A stretch of 64,000 nucleotides of DNA from Convolutriloba macropyga (lineage: Eukaryota): contig NC_134478.1 of NCBI RefSeq assembly GCF_964194025.1, positions 56,358,001 to 56,422,000 of the forward strand. Direction: 5' to 3'. Position numbers and translations under genes: made by a program. Below the pieces are notes generated by a model, which was not told the origin of the DNA, searched no databases, and was given only the letters and a program-made list of their open reading frames with translations. Positions 11,101 to 23,100 of the stretch are shown one piece after another; position 1 is the first letter of the stretch; every line of letters begins with the position of its first letter.

Positions 11101-14100
11101 TTAAACTACTTCGCAAAACCGTGAAGAACGCAGAGAAAAGTTCCTAAAACGCTTCTTCAAAATAAACCTATAAAGGAATTTGTGTTTTCTTTGATCTTAA
11201 TTGCATACTAATAGCCGCGAGCCTAGTTAATGGGGTAGTATGTATTCTTAAGAAAACGAGACAATCACATTTTCTGTTTTCAAGTTATGCATACTACTAG
11301 CCGCGCGCCTAGTTAATGGGGTAGTATGCACTGAAAACTTCAAAAAAAGGAAAACTTAAGAACTCTTTTCTTTAGCTGAAAAGCAAGAAAATCAAAAGCT
11401 CGAAATATCTCCCCACTCAAATTTGCTCACTTAAATAATCCCTTTGAGTTGAAAAACTTAAACGTCTCTTCCTTTCTGTCCGCGGTCTCAGAAGTTGCCG
11501 CAAGAAGTCCGCTAGCCCCCTTTTCGGTCTCAGTAGTCACCAGATAGAAGGAGAGCTTTTTTGGTGTCAGTAGTTACCATTGTAAATGATCTTCAAAACT
11601 TAGTGTCAGCACTTACAAAAGCGTTTAGAATTTTCAAAGTAAAGATTTCAAAAGTTTTAAAGAAATCAAGAAGCAAGCAGTTCAACTTAAGGAGAAGGAA
11701 TTTCAAATGAGCTTCAGCACAAATCGAGTTGTCTTGTCTGCTTGTCTGTAGCTCACGTTGCCTATTCGCACCGCATAAAAAAAACGTTTTGATCTTTTTT
11801 AACACAGGGTCTAAGCAGTAGCAATCTCTAAGCAATTTTTATTCCCTCTTCAAAAAAAGTGTTTGTCCTTGTATAAGTTTGTAATAAAAACCATTCAAAA
11901 GCCATACACTTATTCTACTGAAGAGAAATTTTTGATTTTCTTGAGTTTAGCGATTATTTGGTCGTGTCTATTGTAATAACGAAACAAGCGCGCGCAAAAG
12001 GTTTTTTTCCTCTTTTTTAGAGATAAAACTAGCTAGATTTAGCACAACAAAACACAAGGATTTTATTTTTTTTTTCAGAAAAGTTGCGTCGTAGTTTTCA
12101 ACAACACAAAACCTGGGGCTGATTAGCCTCACGGTGCCATTAACATTGTTTTTTAACTTTGAAATTTGCGTCACTCCGGCTTCGAAGCCGTTTTTTACCT
12201 GTTAATACGAAAATGACCAACAAGAGCAAGATGACAAAGAAGAACAGTCAAAGTTGTCAATACGCGTTAAACAAATTCAAAATCGCAGAGCTCAGTTTGA
12301 AAAGCAAGCTGGACCTCTTAAAATCTGCTATCGATCAGCGAATGAGTTTCAGATCACTCACCCTGCTCATCAATAAAGCAAAAGCAAATGTTGACGAGCT
12401 GAAAACAACAATTGATGCCGTGTTAAAAGAAAGTCCGAACTCCAGCAGCACTTCATCTGTCATGGAATGACATTCAAACCTTCTGTCACGTCTAGAGAAA
12501 ATTGAACACGAAATTGACAGTTTAGATGACGGTGGACTACTCAGCAAATCTTCAACTAGGATACGCGATGATGTCAGTGTAACAACTCATACGACTGACA
12601 GATATCCAACCCCACAGAGATGCTCACCATCAATGAACGAGATTCCAGAAGCAAGCAACCCAGAACGTTCATCATTTTCCAACAAAACACCACCGAGACC
12701 GGAGAAAACATCACTGTTTTTGTCCGAATTCCACAGGACCAAACCAATGTTGTCAAAGTTTTTAAATGGCAACAACGAGTATCCCCTTTCTATTGGAATG
12801 AGTGCATCTAGTTCATTCAGAGCAATTAACATCAATAACACAGTTGAATCCAAAACACAAGTGAAACACTCGGATAAAAATTTTGCGAAACCTGAGACGA
12901 CCGTCGCAAAGACGACGATCGTTTTGCTCTCAGTGATACAACATTATCTGCTGTCGATAATTTTACAGTCAACCAGCAGCAGCTTAAAGCTGACAATGAT
13001 TCAATTCAGCCGCTTAGTTTTGTAAGCACGCAAAATAAGTTTCAAAACCATTTTCCTCAGGAAAACCTTAATAATCAATTTCAGTCAAAAAACATAATAT
13101 CTGAATTTTCTCGAGATTTCGCCGACGAACGTTTTCAGACACAAACTTTTGAACCAAAGAGCATAGGTTGTTCCAAATACCAAGGAACACATAATCCGCG
13201 TCTGATAAATCCCATTCCTGTCAAATATTACAGTCAACAAAACCCACAGAACCTAGATTTTGATCTGCCAAGGACAAAACAAACATTTGAACTGAGTAAC
13301 ACAATGACAAATTTTAATCAGTTCTATGAATGTTCCTGCCAAAACGCGAACAACTTTCAAACGTCTAACATAACTTCTTTACCATTGCATAATGGACATG
13401 AGTTGAAAAACACAGAGAATAAAATTTTGCCTGGAAGCTTTACTCAATTCCAGTCGCAGTCACACGTCGAAACCGTTGGCATTGAGCCTCTCAACCCATT
13501 TGGTGTTCAACAAACCACCTGTTCAAAACCATTAGCTGATAGTATTCCCATTGCTCCGTCAATCTCAACGTTTCCCTCACAAGCACTGCCTTCAGCAGAG
13601 CGAAAACCTGAACAACAATTTCCACATTCACATCAGATTTCCAGCGTATTACATCCAATATCAATTGAATGTTCCAAAAACCCTTCATTTGAAATCAATT
13701 CATTACCATGGACCTCAAACACAGCTCCATATTGGAAGAATCCAACAAGTAAACACTCAATCAAGTTACCACCTCTTACGATTCAAACTTTTAATGGCAA
13801 CCCATTGAAGTACCACGAATGGATAAACAATTTTTTTTGCCGACACGTTATTATAGCACAGCTTTAAACGAACTCATGTCATATTTTGGTGATCCTACTA
13901 TAGTGGTGAACGCCTTCATAAATCAATTGGAAAAGTGGAAATGAACTAATGACTATAACAAACAAAACTTTGTAGCCTTTGCTTCGTGCTTGAAACGTTT
14001 AGTGCAAGCTTTCCAATACTTGGGATACACAGTGGACCTACAGAGCTCAACACTTATGAAGACAGCTAAAGAAAAAGTCCCGCATAACGTCCTCCTCAAA

Positions 14101-17100
14101 TGGACAGAGCACACTGTTACATCAACCGAAACACCAACTACTCTAGTTGAATTCCAGAAATGGTTAGAAGTTCAAGCTCATGTGTACGATAGATAAACCG
14201 CGAAAACCTCCAGCAAAATAACCTTCATAGAAACAATTCTAATAATTCTGGGAACTCGAACGTCAGCAATAATCACGCAAGAAATTTAAGTACCCAAAGT
14301 TCAGGATTTTCAGCACAGCCGACTAACCGAAATCAGTCAACAACAATAAGCAGTAGCGGTACTGTGAAACCACCTAGCGCTCCGCCATTTCCACCCCTAA
14401 ACAACGTAAATCAATCAAAGCGTATTTGCGAGAAATGTCGTGGAAACCATATATTAGCCACCTGTCCCGATTACCAAAATTGTAGCCCAAGCCAGCGATT
14501 TGATATTGTAAGCAAGAGAAATCTTTGCTCGAACTGTTTGAGCAATAAACACAAGAAGCAAAACTGCCCATCAACAAAACGCTGCCAAACATGCAGCGGA
14601 TACCACCACACAACACTGCATGACCCTGGCAAAATTATCAAGCGTCAGCCAGCTGCTTTTTGCCACCAGCAATTCCACAGGATCAAATGTTACCAACCAA
14701 GAAAATCAGCGTGTCAAACAGCAATATGAACCAGGAAGTAACAACAACGCAAGCATCTCATCTAAATCACAAAACAGCCGCTACGGACAGTCTTTTGCAA
14801 ACAAAAATCAGAATCAATTTCAGCGCGCTAATTTGAACAATGCCAACCAAAATTTTAGCGTGAATCATCTACAGTCTACTCCAAAAGAATGGTTCGAACA
14901 ACTTCAACTTATCCCACTATCTTTTCTAAACGGCAAGAAAGCTTTCGATACGTACGCTCTGATCGATCCAGGAAGCCAATTTACTTTCATACTTGACAAA
15001 ATCACAGAGTTCCTTGCTCTTCCATGCGAAGATCAAGAAGCCACTACGCTTCAGTATCTTAACACAGAGCATGATATGCCACTTTCAAAAATTTTTGAAC
15101 AAGTGACAGTTGCACCCTACGAAAATTTGGATCAAAATTTTCAAATTACAACAACTTATAGCACTCCTTGTTTAAATGTAGCCCCAGCTAATTTATTTGA
15201 ACTCAACCCGCTTTTTGATGCATTCAAAGAATTGCGTCACATTCATTTCCCAGAAATAGCTGAAGGCAAAATTGGTGCACTTTTGGGAATAAACACTTTT
15301 GCTTTCACACATCCAGTTGAAGTCATCGCGGCAACTAGAAACCAGCCTTTCGGCGTAAAGACGAGGCTTGGATGGACCCTAGCTGGAGAGTACGAAAGAG
15401 TGCAATAGCAACCCAAACAAAGATTTCACCTGCAGAAACAGTACGTGTACCAGGTATCACGACAAAGCTCCGACGATCAGCCCCTCGATGAATTGCTTGA
15501 GCAATTCTGGAAAATTGAAGCCGAAGGAACTCAACCCGAGAGTGAATCTTCAAATCCCACTGACAAGGAAGCCCTTGACATATTGAAAAAGAGAATCACT
15601 TACAATGGCGAGAGGTACGAAATTGGACTCCTTTGGAGAAAGCCATTGAGGATAGAAAATAACTATTTCGCAGCTTTCAGCCAGCTGAAAAGTCTTCATA
15701 AGCGACTCAGTAATGACATCCAATTGAAAGAGTTATACGAGCAAACTCTCACAACAGATCTTCAAAAATTTTATGTCAAGCTAGTTGAAATGCAGCAGCC
15801 AGAACCCGAGAAAATTTGGTATTTGTCTCATCACCCGGTGTTTAATCCAAACGAGCCCGGAAAAGTGCGCAGAGTACCAAATGCTGCGGCCAAGTTTAAA
15901 GGCCAATCTTTGAACTCCAATTTGATCACAGGACCAGATTTGCTGAACAACTTGGTAGGAATCCTTCTGAGGTTTCGTGAAAATACAGTTGCTATTCTCT
16001 CTGATTTTGAAGGCATGTTCATGCAGATAGCAATAAGGCTTGGGGACCAATCTGCACTAAGCTTTCTCTGGCCCAATGAAGAGATTGTTAAACATTACCA
16101 GTTCACCAGATTAATTTTTGGAGCAACCTGCTCCCCCTTTTGTGCAATTTTCGTGCTGAACCGTTGCGCAGAAGATAATGCAATTGAATTTCCAAAAGCA
16201 GTTTCTGCAATCAAAAACAGTTTTTATATGGACGACTATATCCAATCTTTGCCGTCTATAGAAGAGAAGAAGCAATTGAAATCATTAACCACATTAACCA
16301 GACTAAAAGTAGCCTTCATAAAGGTGGCTTTCGCTTGTCAAAATTTGTGTCAAACAAACATGAAGCCCTAAGGTTCATTGAGCAAAAAGATCGAGATGAA
16401 CTGAAAGAGATTAATAGAGTCCTCGGTCAGAATTGGAATACCAGAACTGACTGTTTTCTAATGAAGTCATTAGAACAATTTCCCCGAAATGCAAGTGAGT
16501 ATACAAAGGAAAATGTTCAGCTTAGTATCAACCATTTTCGACCCCCTAGGAATTTTGTCCCCGCTCACAATAAGAATCAAAATGCTTTTACAACAAATCT
16601 GGAAGCTAGGCAAGAAGTGGGATGAAACACTTCCCACAGAACTTCATTCCAACCTGCAAAAAGTGCTCGATAGTTACTTTGCAATGCCTGATATCGAAAT
16701 CCCCAGATGGTTGAACTCTTCAACGAATAAGGAAAATAATCACCAGCTCCATGTCTTTATTGACGCCTCAACTTTTGCATTGGCAGCAGTTGCTTGCATT
16801 CGCACCCAAAAACAGGACGAAATCTTTCAAACATCTTTGCTTGGAAAATGCAAAGTTGCACCAATAAAACAAATTAGTGTGCCAAAATTAGAACTCGAAG
16901 CAGCCGTTTTAGGTACACGCCTCCGCACATTGATACAAACCGAAATGACATTAATATTTGAAAAAGTCTACTTGTGGACAGATAGTCGTGTTGTCTTAGA
17001 TTGGATCAGCTCAACTAAGAAACAAAACGTTTTTGTCTCGAATCGACTCGAAGAACTCGAAGAAAACAACTAAAACTGATTGGTGGAATCATGTCCCAAC

Positions 17101-20100
17101 TAATATTAATCCAACCGACCATAGAACGCGTGGACTTGAGCCATCAGAAATCCCCCCGAAATGGGTTACAGGTCCACAATTTTTGCAAGACACTGAAAAA
17201 TCTTGGGAAGATATGAAAAAGATTTCAACCGTGGGTGCCGTAACCAGAAAACCAAAAACAGCAACCAAACTTGTTCTAGACCCGAACCGCTTTTCAACTT
17301 GGAATAAGCTACTTTTAACCCTCGCAACTGTCTTCAATTTAATTTACAGAGCTAAGAAGAATCGTTCCAACAAATGTCAATACACTAAAGAGGATGTTTG
17401 TTTATCTCAAAATTTTCTGCTAAAGTTAGCTCAAAACAATGCTTTCTCTTCAACAATCAACGCATTAAAAAGAACACAAAAGTTGGACGCCAAGAGCAAA
17501 TTGAAAAACTTAAATCCAGTAATTGACAAAAATGGACTCCTACGATCTAGTGGCCGTCTCCTATTTGCTCCAACAGAATTGGAGATCAAAAAATGTCCAA
17601 TAATCTTGGACGCAAAGGAAAAGATCGCGATACTATACCTTGAACATGCGCACAGAAATTGTGCTCATCAAGCAACAGAACGGGTCAAAGCATTCGTACA
17701 ACAACGCTACTACGTCATCGGACTTCGAAAAACACTACTTTCACTAAAATACCGATGTTTTTTGTGTCGCCCTTTTGACCTTCAGAGTATTCAACCGGTA
17801 ATGGCACCACTTCCTGCATTCCGCTTCCCCACTGAAGAAACCAAATTTCCGTTTGCCAACACAGGACTGGACTTTTTTGGCCCGTTTTATATTGAAGACA
17901 AACAAGGCAATATCGAGAAACATTATAGACTTATTTTTACATGCCTCGTTACGCGAGCAGTCCATTTGGAAACATGTCCAGATTTAAATACAGACACCTT
18001 CCTCAATCATATCGACGGTTCACCTGCCGAAGATGCCAACCTATTTTTATTGTACAGCGACAATGGAAAAACATTTGTCGGCGCCTCCGAAGAGCTGAAG
18101 AAGTCGGTTAAAGCTTTAGACAAAGACAAGATTTATAAAGCCCTAGCTGCAGTCAAAACCACATTGAAATTTAACCCACCGTATGGCCCTCATTTTGGTG
18201 GCGTGTGGGAGCGATTGATTCAGAGCGCCAAGAGGACACTCTTGATCATTCTAGGATCTAAGCGTCTCTCCTTCGAAATCTTTGAAACAATAGTGGTTGA
18301 AGTCGAAGCAATTCTGAATTCCAGACCCTTGACAAACGTTGCTGATCAGCCTGAAAACGAAGAACCACTCACTCCTAACCATTTCCTTATCCAACGCCCG
18401 TACAGTTCCCTGCCACCCGGAAACTTTGGAGATCAACAGCCAGCTAGTTTCAAGAACTGGAAGCACGTGCAGCAGTTGATGAACCACATGTGGCGGCGCT
18501 TGATTAAGGAATACCTGCCGACATTACTCAAGAGACGTAAATGGACAGACAACAACCAGCCTCCTCTGAAAGTTGGAGATGTTGTGTGGGTACTCAAAGA
18601 CTTGACGCCGAGAGGAATCTGGCCCCTTGGAAGAGTTGTGGAAACATCCCCTGGGCGAGACGGGGAGGTACGAGTTGCCAAAGTAAAAAGGCTTACGGCT
18701 CGTTCTTGCGTCCGGTCGCCGGCCTCGCACAGGTTTTTTCTCCGTAGTTTTTTTTGTAATTCAAATTTTTCGCGCCGGCCTCAGGCAACATGAGCTACAT
18801 CCACCCCTTTGATGTTATTACCCTTACAGTATTTACATTTCCAATTATATAGGTTCACGATATCGGATCAAACGACAATCAAGATGATCTTCAACCCCTG
18901 CCCTCCTTCTTGGAGCATGTTCCCAATGACCTTGGAAACTCAAAAGCATGACTTTTTGCTGATGATTAAAACTACCGCCGAAAACCTGAGAGTTACTCTT
19001 TCCCGAAAACATCTGACAAGAAGTCGAAACCAAATAAGAGCAACCAAAAGTCTAGAATATATGTTTCATTATAAGTAGTACAAGTAGTACAAGATACCGT
19101 TATCAAGAAAAATACAGGGGGGCATTGCATGTTTAATTGCTCTCGAACGAAGTTTGATGCAATTAGTATGAGCATATGTTTCGTGTTACGACCCGAAGAG
19201 GAGTTTTGCTATTGTAATTTTTTTTTGTATTTTTTAGCTGAAGCAAACTTGTTAATGAATTCAACTTTGATTTCTTTCATTTCGAACATTAAAATGTTTC
19301 GGAACGTTTACTTGTGTTTTCGATCATTGGAATTTAACAATAGCTCAGTTTTTAATAAATACTAGTCTTGAACTGCTTTAATAAATACTTATCTTGAACT
19401 GCTAGCCAAACCACAAAGCCCCTCACTTCAACCTACCTACCTCCTTCCCCCAGCTACCTCCTACCTACCCCCTTCCCCCAACCACCTCCACCCACATGCG
19501 TAACCCCTCTCAACTCTATACTCCACAATAAACTATCTTCCCCCTACCTACCTCAGCCCCCCTCCGCAAACTGAAAATGTTTCTGCATTCGTAAATCGCT
19601 TTCCATAGTTTTTATTAGGCAACTATTTTTTGTTCTCTTTGGTTTTTCTGATTTGCATAAGGTTAGGTAAGAGTTTATATTGAACGGCTCTTGGAGTCGT
19701 TTCCCCTATTCGACTGGTTACGACTCGAAGAGGAGCATTGAGATTCTACAGGTTTTTTTAGCCGAAGTCATGACTTGAAATTTGATTTTTGTTTTGTTGA
19801 ATTTTGTTTTAGAACAATGGACTTTATAAGGAGCTTAGTTTGTAATGTATACTAATTAAGAACTGATGGTATTATTCAAGGTTAAAAGGTTATTTCGAGA
19901 ATTTGAGTCCATATAATTTCATCCAACCTATCTAAACTACTCAACTTGCCCTCACACATCTAGCCCCACTCCTACCTCCCCCAACTCGCCCTAACCAGCC
20001 CCTACCAACTCACATTTCTCACTAAAAATTGGTTTTTTAAACTGTATATTGCTTTTTTATTTCATTTTTCATATTTCTAAACTAGGTATGATTAGATAAG

Positions 20101-23100
20101 TTTTTATTGCACGACTCTTTGAGTCGTTTCTGGTATTCTGTCGGCTATTTTTATATTTTTGTTGCAAAACAATTGTTTTATCTTTTTTAATTTTTCGAAT
20201 GACTGTTCGCCCTTAACTATCAAAAATCAAGTTAAATGTTCATTGAAATCGGTGTCTTTTTAATCTTAAAAGTGGTATATAATAACCTCTAAGTCACTTC
20301 TGGAGCCGCTAGTCCCCCGTCCTCCAGGCTATCCCCCGCCCCGTCTCACACTGACTGCGGCAGGATGCTATTGATTATAGCTACCACCAGTCGTTCGAGA
20401 GCAATTATTCCGATGTTAGTCGGTTGTTTTAAGATTGGGTCTATCTTAAAACATGTAGTGCCCCCGCTCTATTTGATAAATTACGATACCATATACTACT
20501 AAAAAGCCAGCCTCTTTGGGTTGCCCTCCATGTAGCAATGTCAGAATCTTAAAATGATTTTGTGAAATCCTGACTCATCTTTGAAAAAATTTTTAATCTC
20601 TCATTTTCTCAATATATCAGTTTTGAGTTACAAGATAAAGTTCAGTTTTCTAGAGTTTTAATTTCGACTGATGGTTCTCAAGTGTTATAGAACTAATTTT
20701 TTTTACTTCGATCTGGAGTGCTCTTTTTAAAATGTTTTCTGATTTCTCAAGTTGGTCAATATCTGATTTTATAATATCTGGTACACTATCTCATTTTTTG
20801 TTAATGTATATATACACACACGAACAAATAACGTTACCTATATCAGTGGAATTGCTTCAACTTCTCTTCCGATATTTACTTAGGGGCAAACTACTTCTTT
20901 ATAATGCTTTGAATATACACTCAAAATTTTTGGGTTAGGGTCCCAGATGGAAATGCGAACCAAATTATGCCTTGAAATAATTTTGAAAATTGAATTTTTG
21001 AAAGGATTTTAAAAGCTTTTCACGGATAAGTTGGGAATTCGTTACGTAAAAATGAGTGGTGAGAAATGAGTGCACGACAAATAGTTCAGTAATCGTCAAG
21101 TATAGGTTACGTGACTTTGTTGAATTTGCTGAGATAATCTGGAATCGAGAGCCTGATTATCGATAACCTCATAGCAGTGTGGGATTAAAGTTAGAATTTC
21201 AAAGTGACATTGGCAAGTCACGTAACGTTGCTTTAAACACTCATTTGCGAGTTTTGAAGGATCTATTCTGCCCCCCCCCCCCCCGTGGCGTAGTGGGAAT
21301 GTATATTTTATGACCCCCAGGCGCATGTGCTCTTTTTACATAGTAACGTGCTATAAAACAACATATAATTTGTAATTGGGGGAGTAAAAAATACTGGGGG
21401 GGGGACAGAGTAGATCCGTTTTGAAATCAGACACTGTGTAGCAAAATATGGCACTGTAGGGTCTGAGATTTTAAAACTTGCACGTGCGTGTTTCAAGTAT
21501 TGCGAAATATCTATTTTTAGTCGGCTGTCTGGCAGGCATTGTTGCGTCTATAATCGACATTGGTGCCCAGTGGATGACAGATCTGAGATATGGACTCTGT
21601 GTGGGCAACAGTCCCACATTGAACGATGGCCCTCAGCTCTGGTTTGGAAGAGAGCAGTGCTGCTGGGCAGACGAGGGCAAGTTCGAGTCACTTGAAGAAT
21701 GCCATCAGTGGCAAACTTGGAGTGAACTCATTGGTCAGTCAGTTGCGATCTGTTCAGCCCTACCCGTCCCTCTCCGACTGTAATGGGATTATAACTTTTA
21801 CAAACCCAGCCGGAGATTATGTTTTTAAACAAAGCAACGTACTATATAACACAAAATGTGCAACTGGGGATCATAAAAAGCTTCGGGATAACTCCCGTAA
21901 TTGTTGCATCCCGCTGGAATTTAAGTGGGTTTTTAATTATAGTTGCGAAGCTGTAAGCTGAGCGGATCTATGTTGCGGTGCTCTTAGTTTTTACGACTCG
22001 AAGAGGAGTATTGGTTTTCTTAAGGTTTTTTTTACCGGAAGTACTATTCGTTCAGACGCTGTTTTGACCTGAAAGCGAAAGTGAGAAAAATTGCTGTGTG
22101 AACTATTTTTTTCTGAGCGAGAGAAATTTTTGATCATGCGCTGCGTTTAGTGAATGAAAATGCGTACAAAAATGGAATAAGTTACCACATTGGCTTCAGT
22201 TGGCAGAAAATGAAAACGTTTTTAAGAAAACGTTGAATGATTTCTCGCTCTCACAACATGAAAAAATTCCTTTGAATAGTAACGTAGGAGTTTTTAAAAG
22301 TTATTTTTATTTTTAGGAAGAAAAGAATCGAAAGAAAATTTTATAATGTGATTCTTTAAGAAAATTGTTGATGTTTATTATATTATTTTGTTTGAATGAT
22401 TTGAAATATTTTTTGTTTCAGGTATATTTAACCGTATGATTATAATTTTAATTTACTTGTTGCAAAAAAAACTTACCCTCTTAAAAAAAGTAGTTTTTGA
22501 CGGAATGGCACATATAGATGACCGTTTTTAGCCGTTTTTTCGTCGAAGTGGCCCAATTTTTTTGCTTGTAATTTGGTTTTTGTAGAAATGATTTTTATTC
22601 GATGCTTTTTTGGAAATGTAAACCTTGGAGTTTAATATCACCGTGTTTTGCAGAGCCTGAAAACGCGTTTCGAGTTCAAAATAGGCACCTATTTCTTTAT
22701 TTTTAAATTTATTTTTGGCATTTCTATTAATTTCTTCATTTTTGGATCTCTTAGCCGTCGTTTTGTCAAAAATCAGTTAATATGGCAACTTCCAGTTGAT
22801 AATTCATATGCTCCAAGCCTCTTTCTACCTCGTTGTATTTTTGTTTTTATAAAATTGTACATATGCTAATCAGATTTTTGCAGTTTTTTCAATTTTTCTT
22901 CAGTTTTTTGTCTGTAATTTTGTTTTAATTACAAGAATTAGTCTTTTCTGCAACATGAGGGGATTTAATTTTGTTTCAATAAAAACTTCAATAATTTTAA
23001 AGCGTTAAATTTTTGAAAAACAGTTAAAAATTTTTATAAATTCGGTCTTAAATATTTTTTGACAAAAATGTTTGCAAATTGTTTCAATGTTTCGTGTGTT

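Larger units (their letters stand above)
8049..19073 (+). mobile_element. Full-length BEL/Pao LTR retrotransposon (11.0 kb, frameshifted) in CLC intron 2
   Basis: Direct LTRs TG...CA (8049-8208) and TG...TA (18918-19073), both flanked by AGTAG (8044-8048, 19074-19078). Domain order gag-PR-RT-RH-IN with BEL/Pao-type motifs. Confidence 0.95.
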
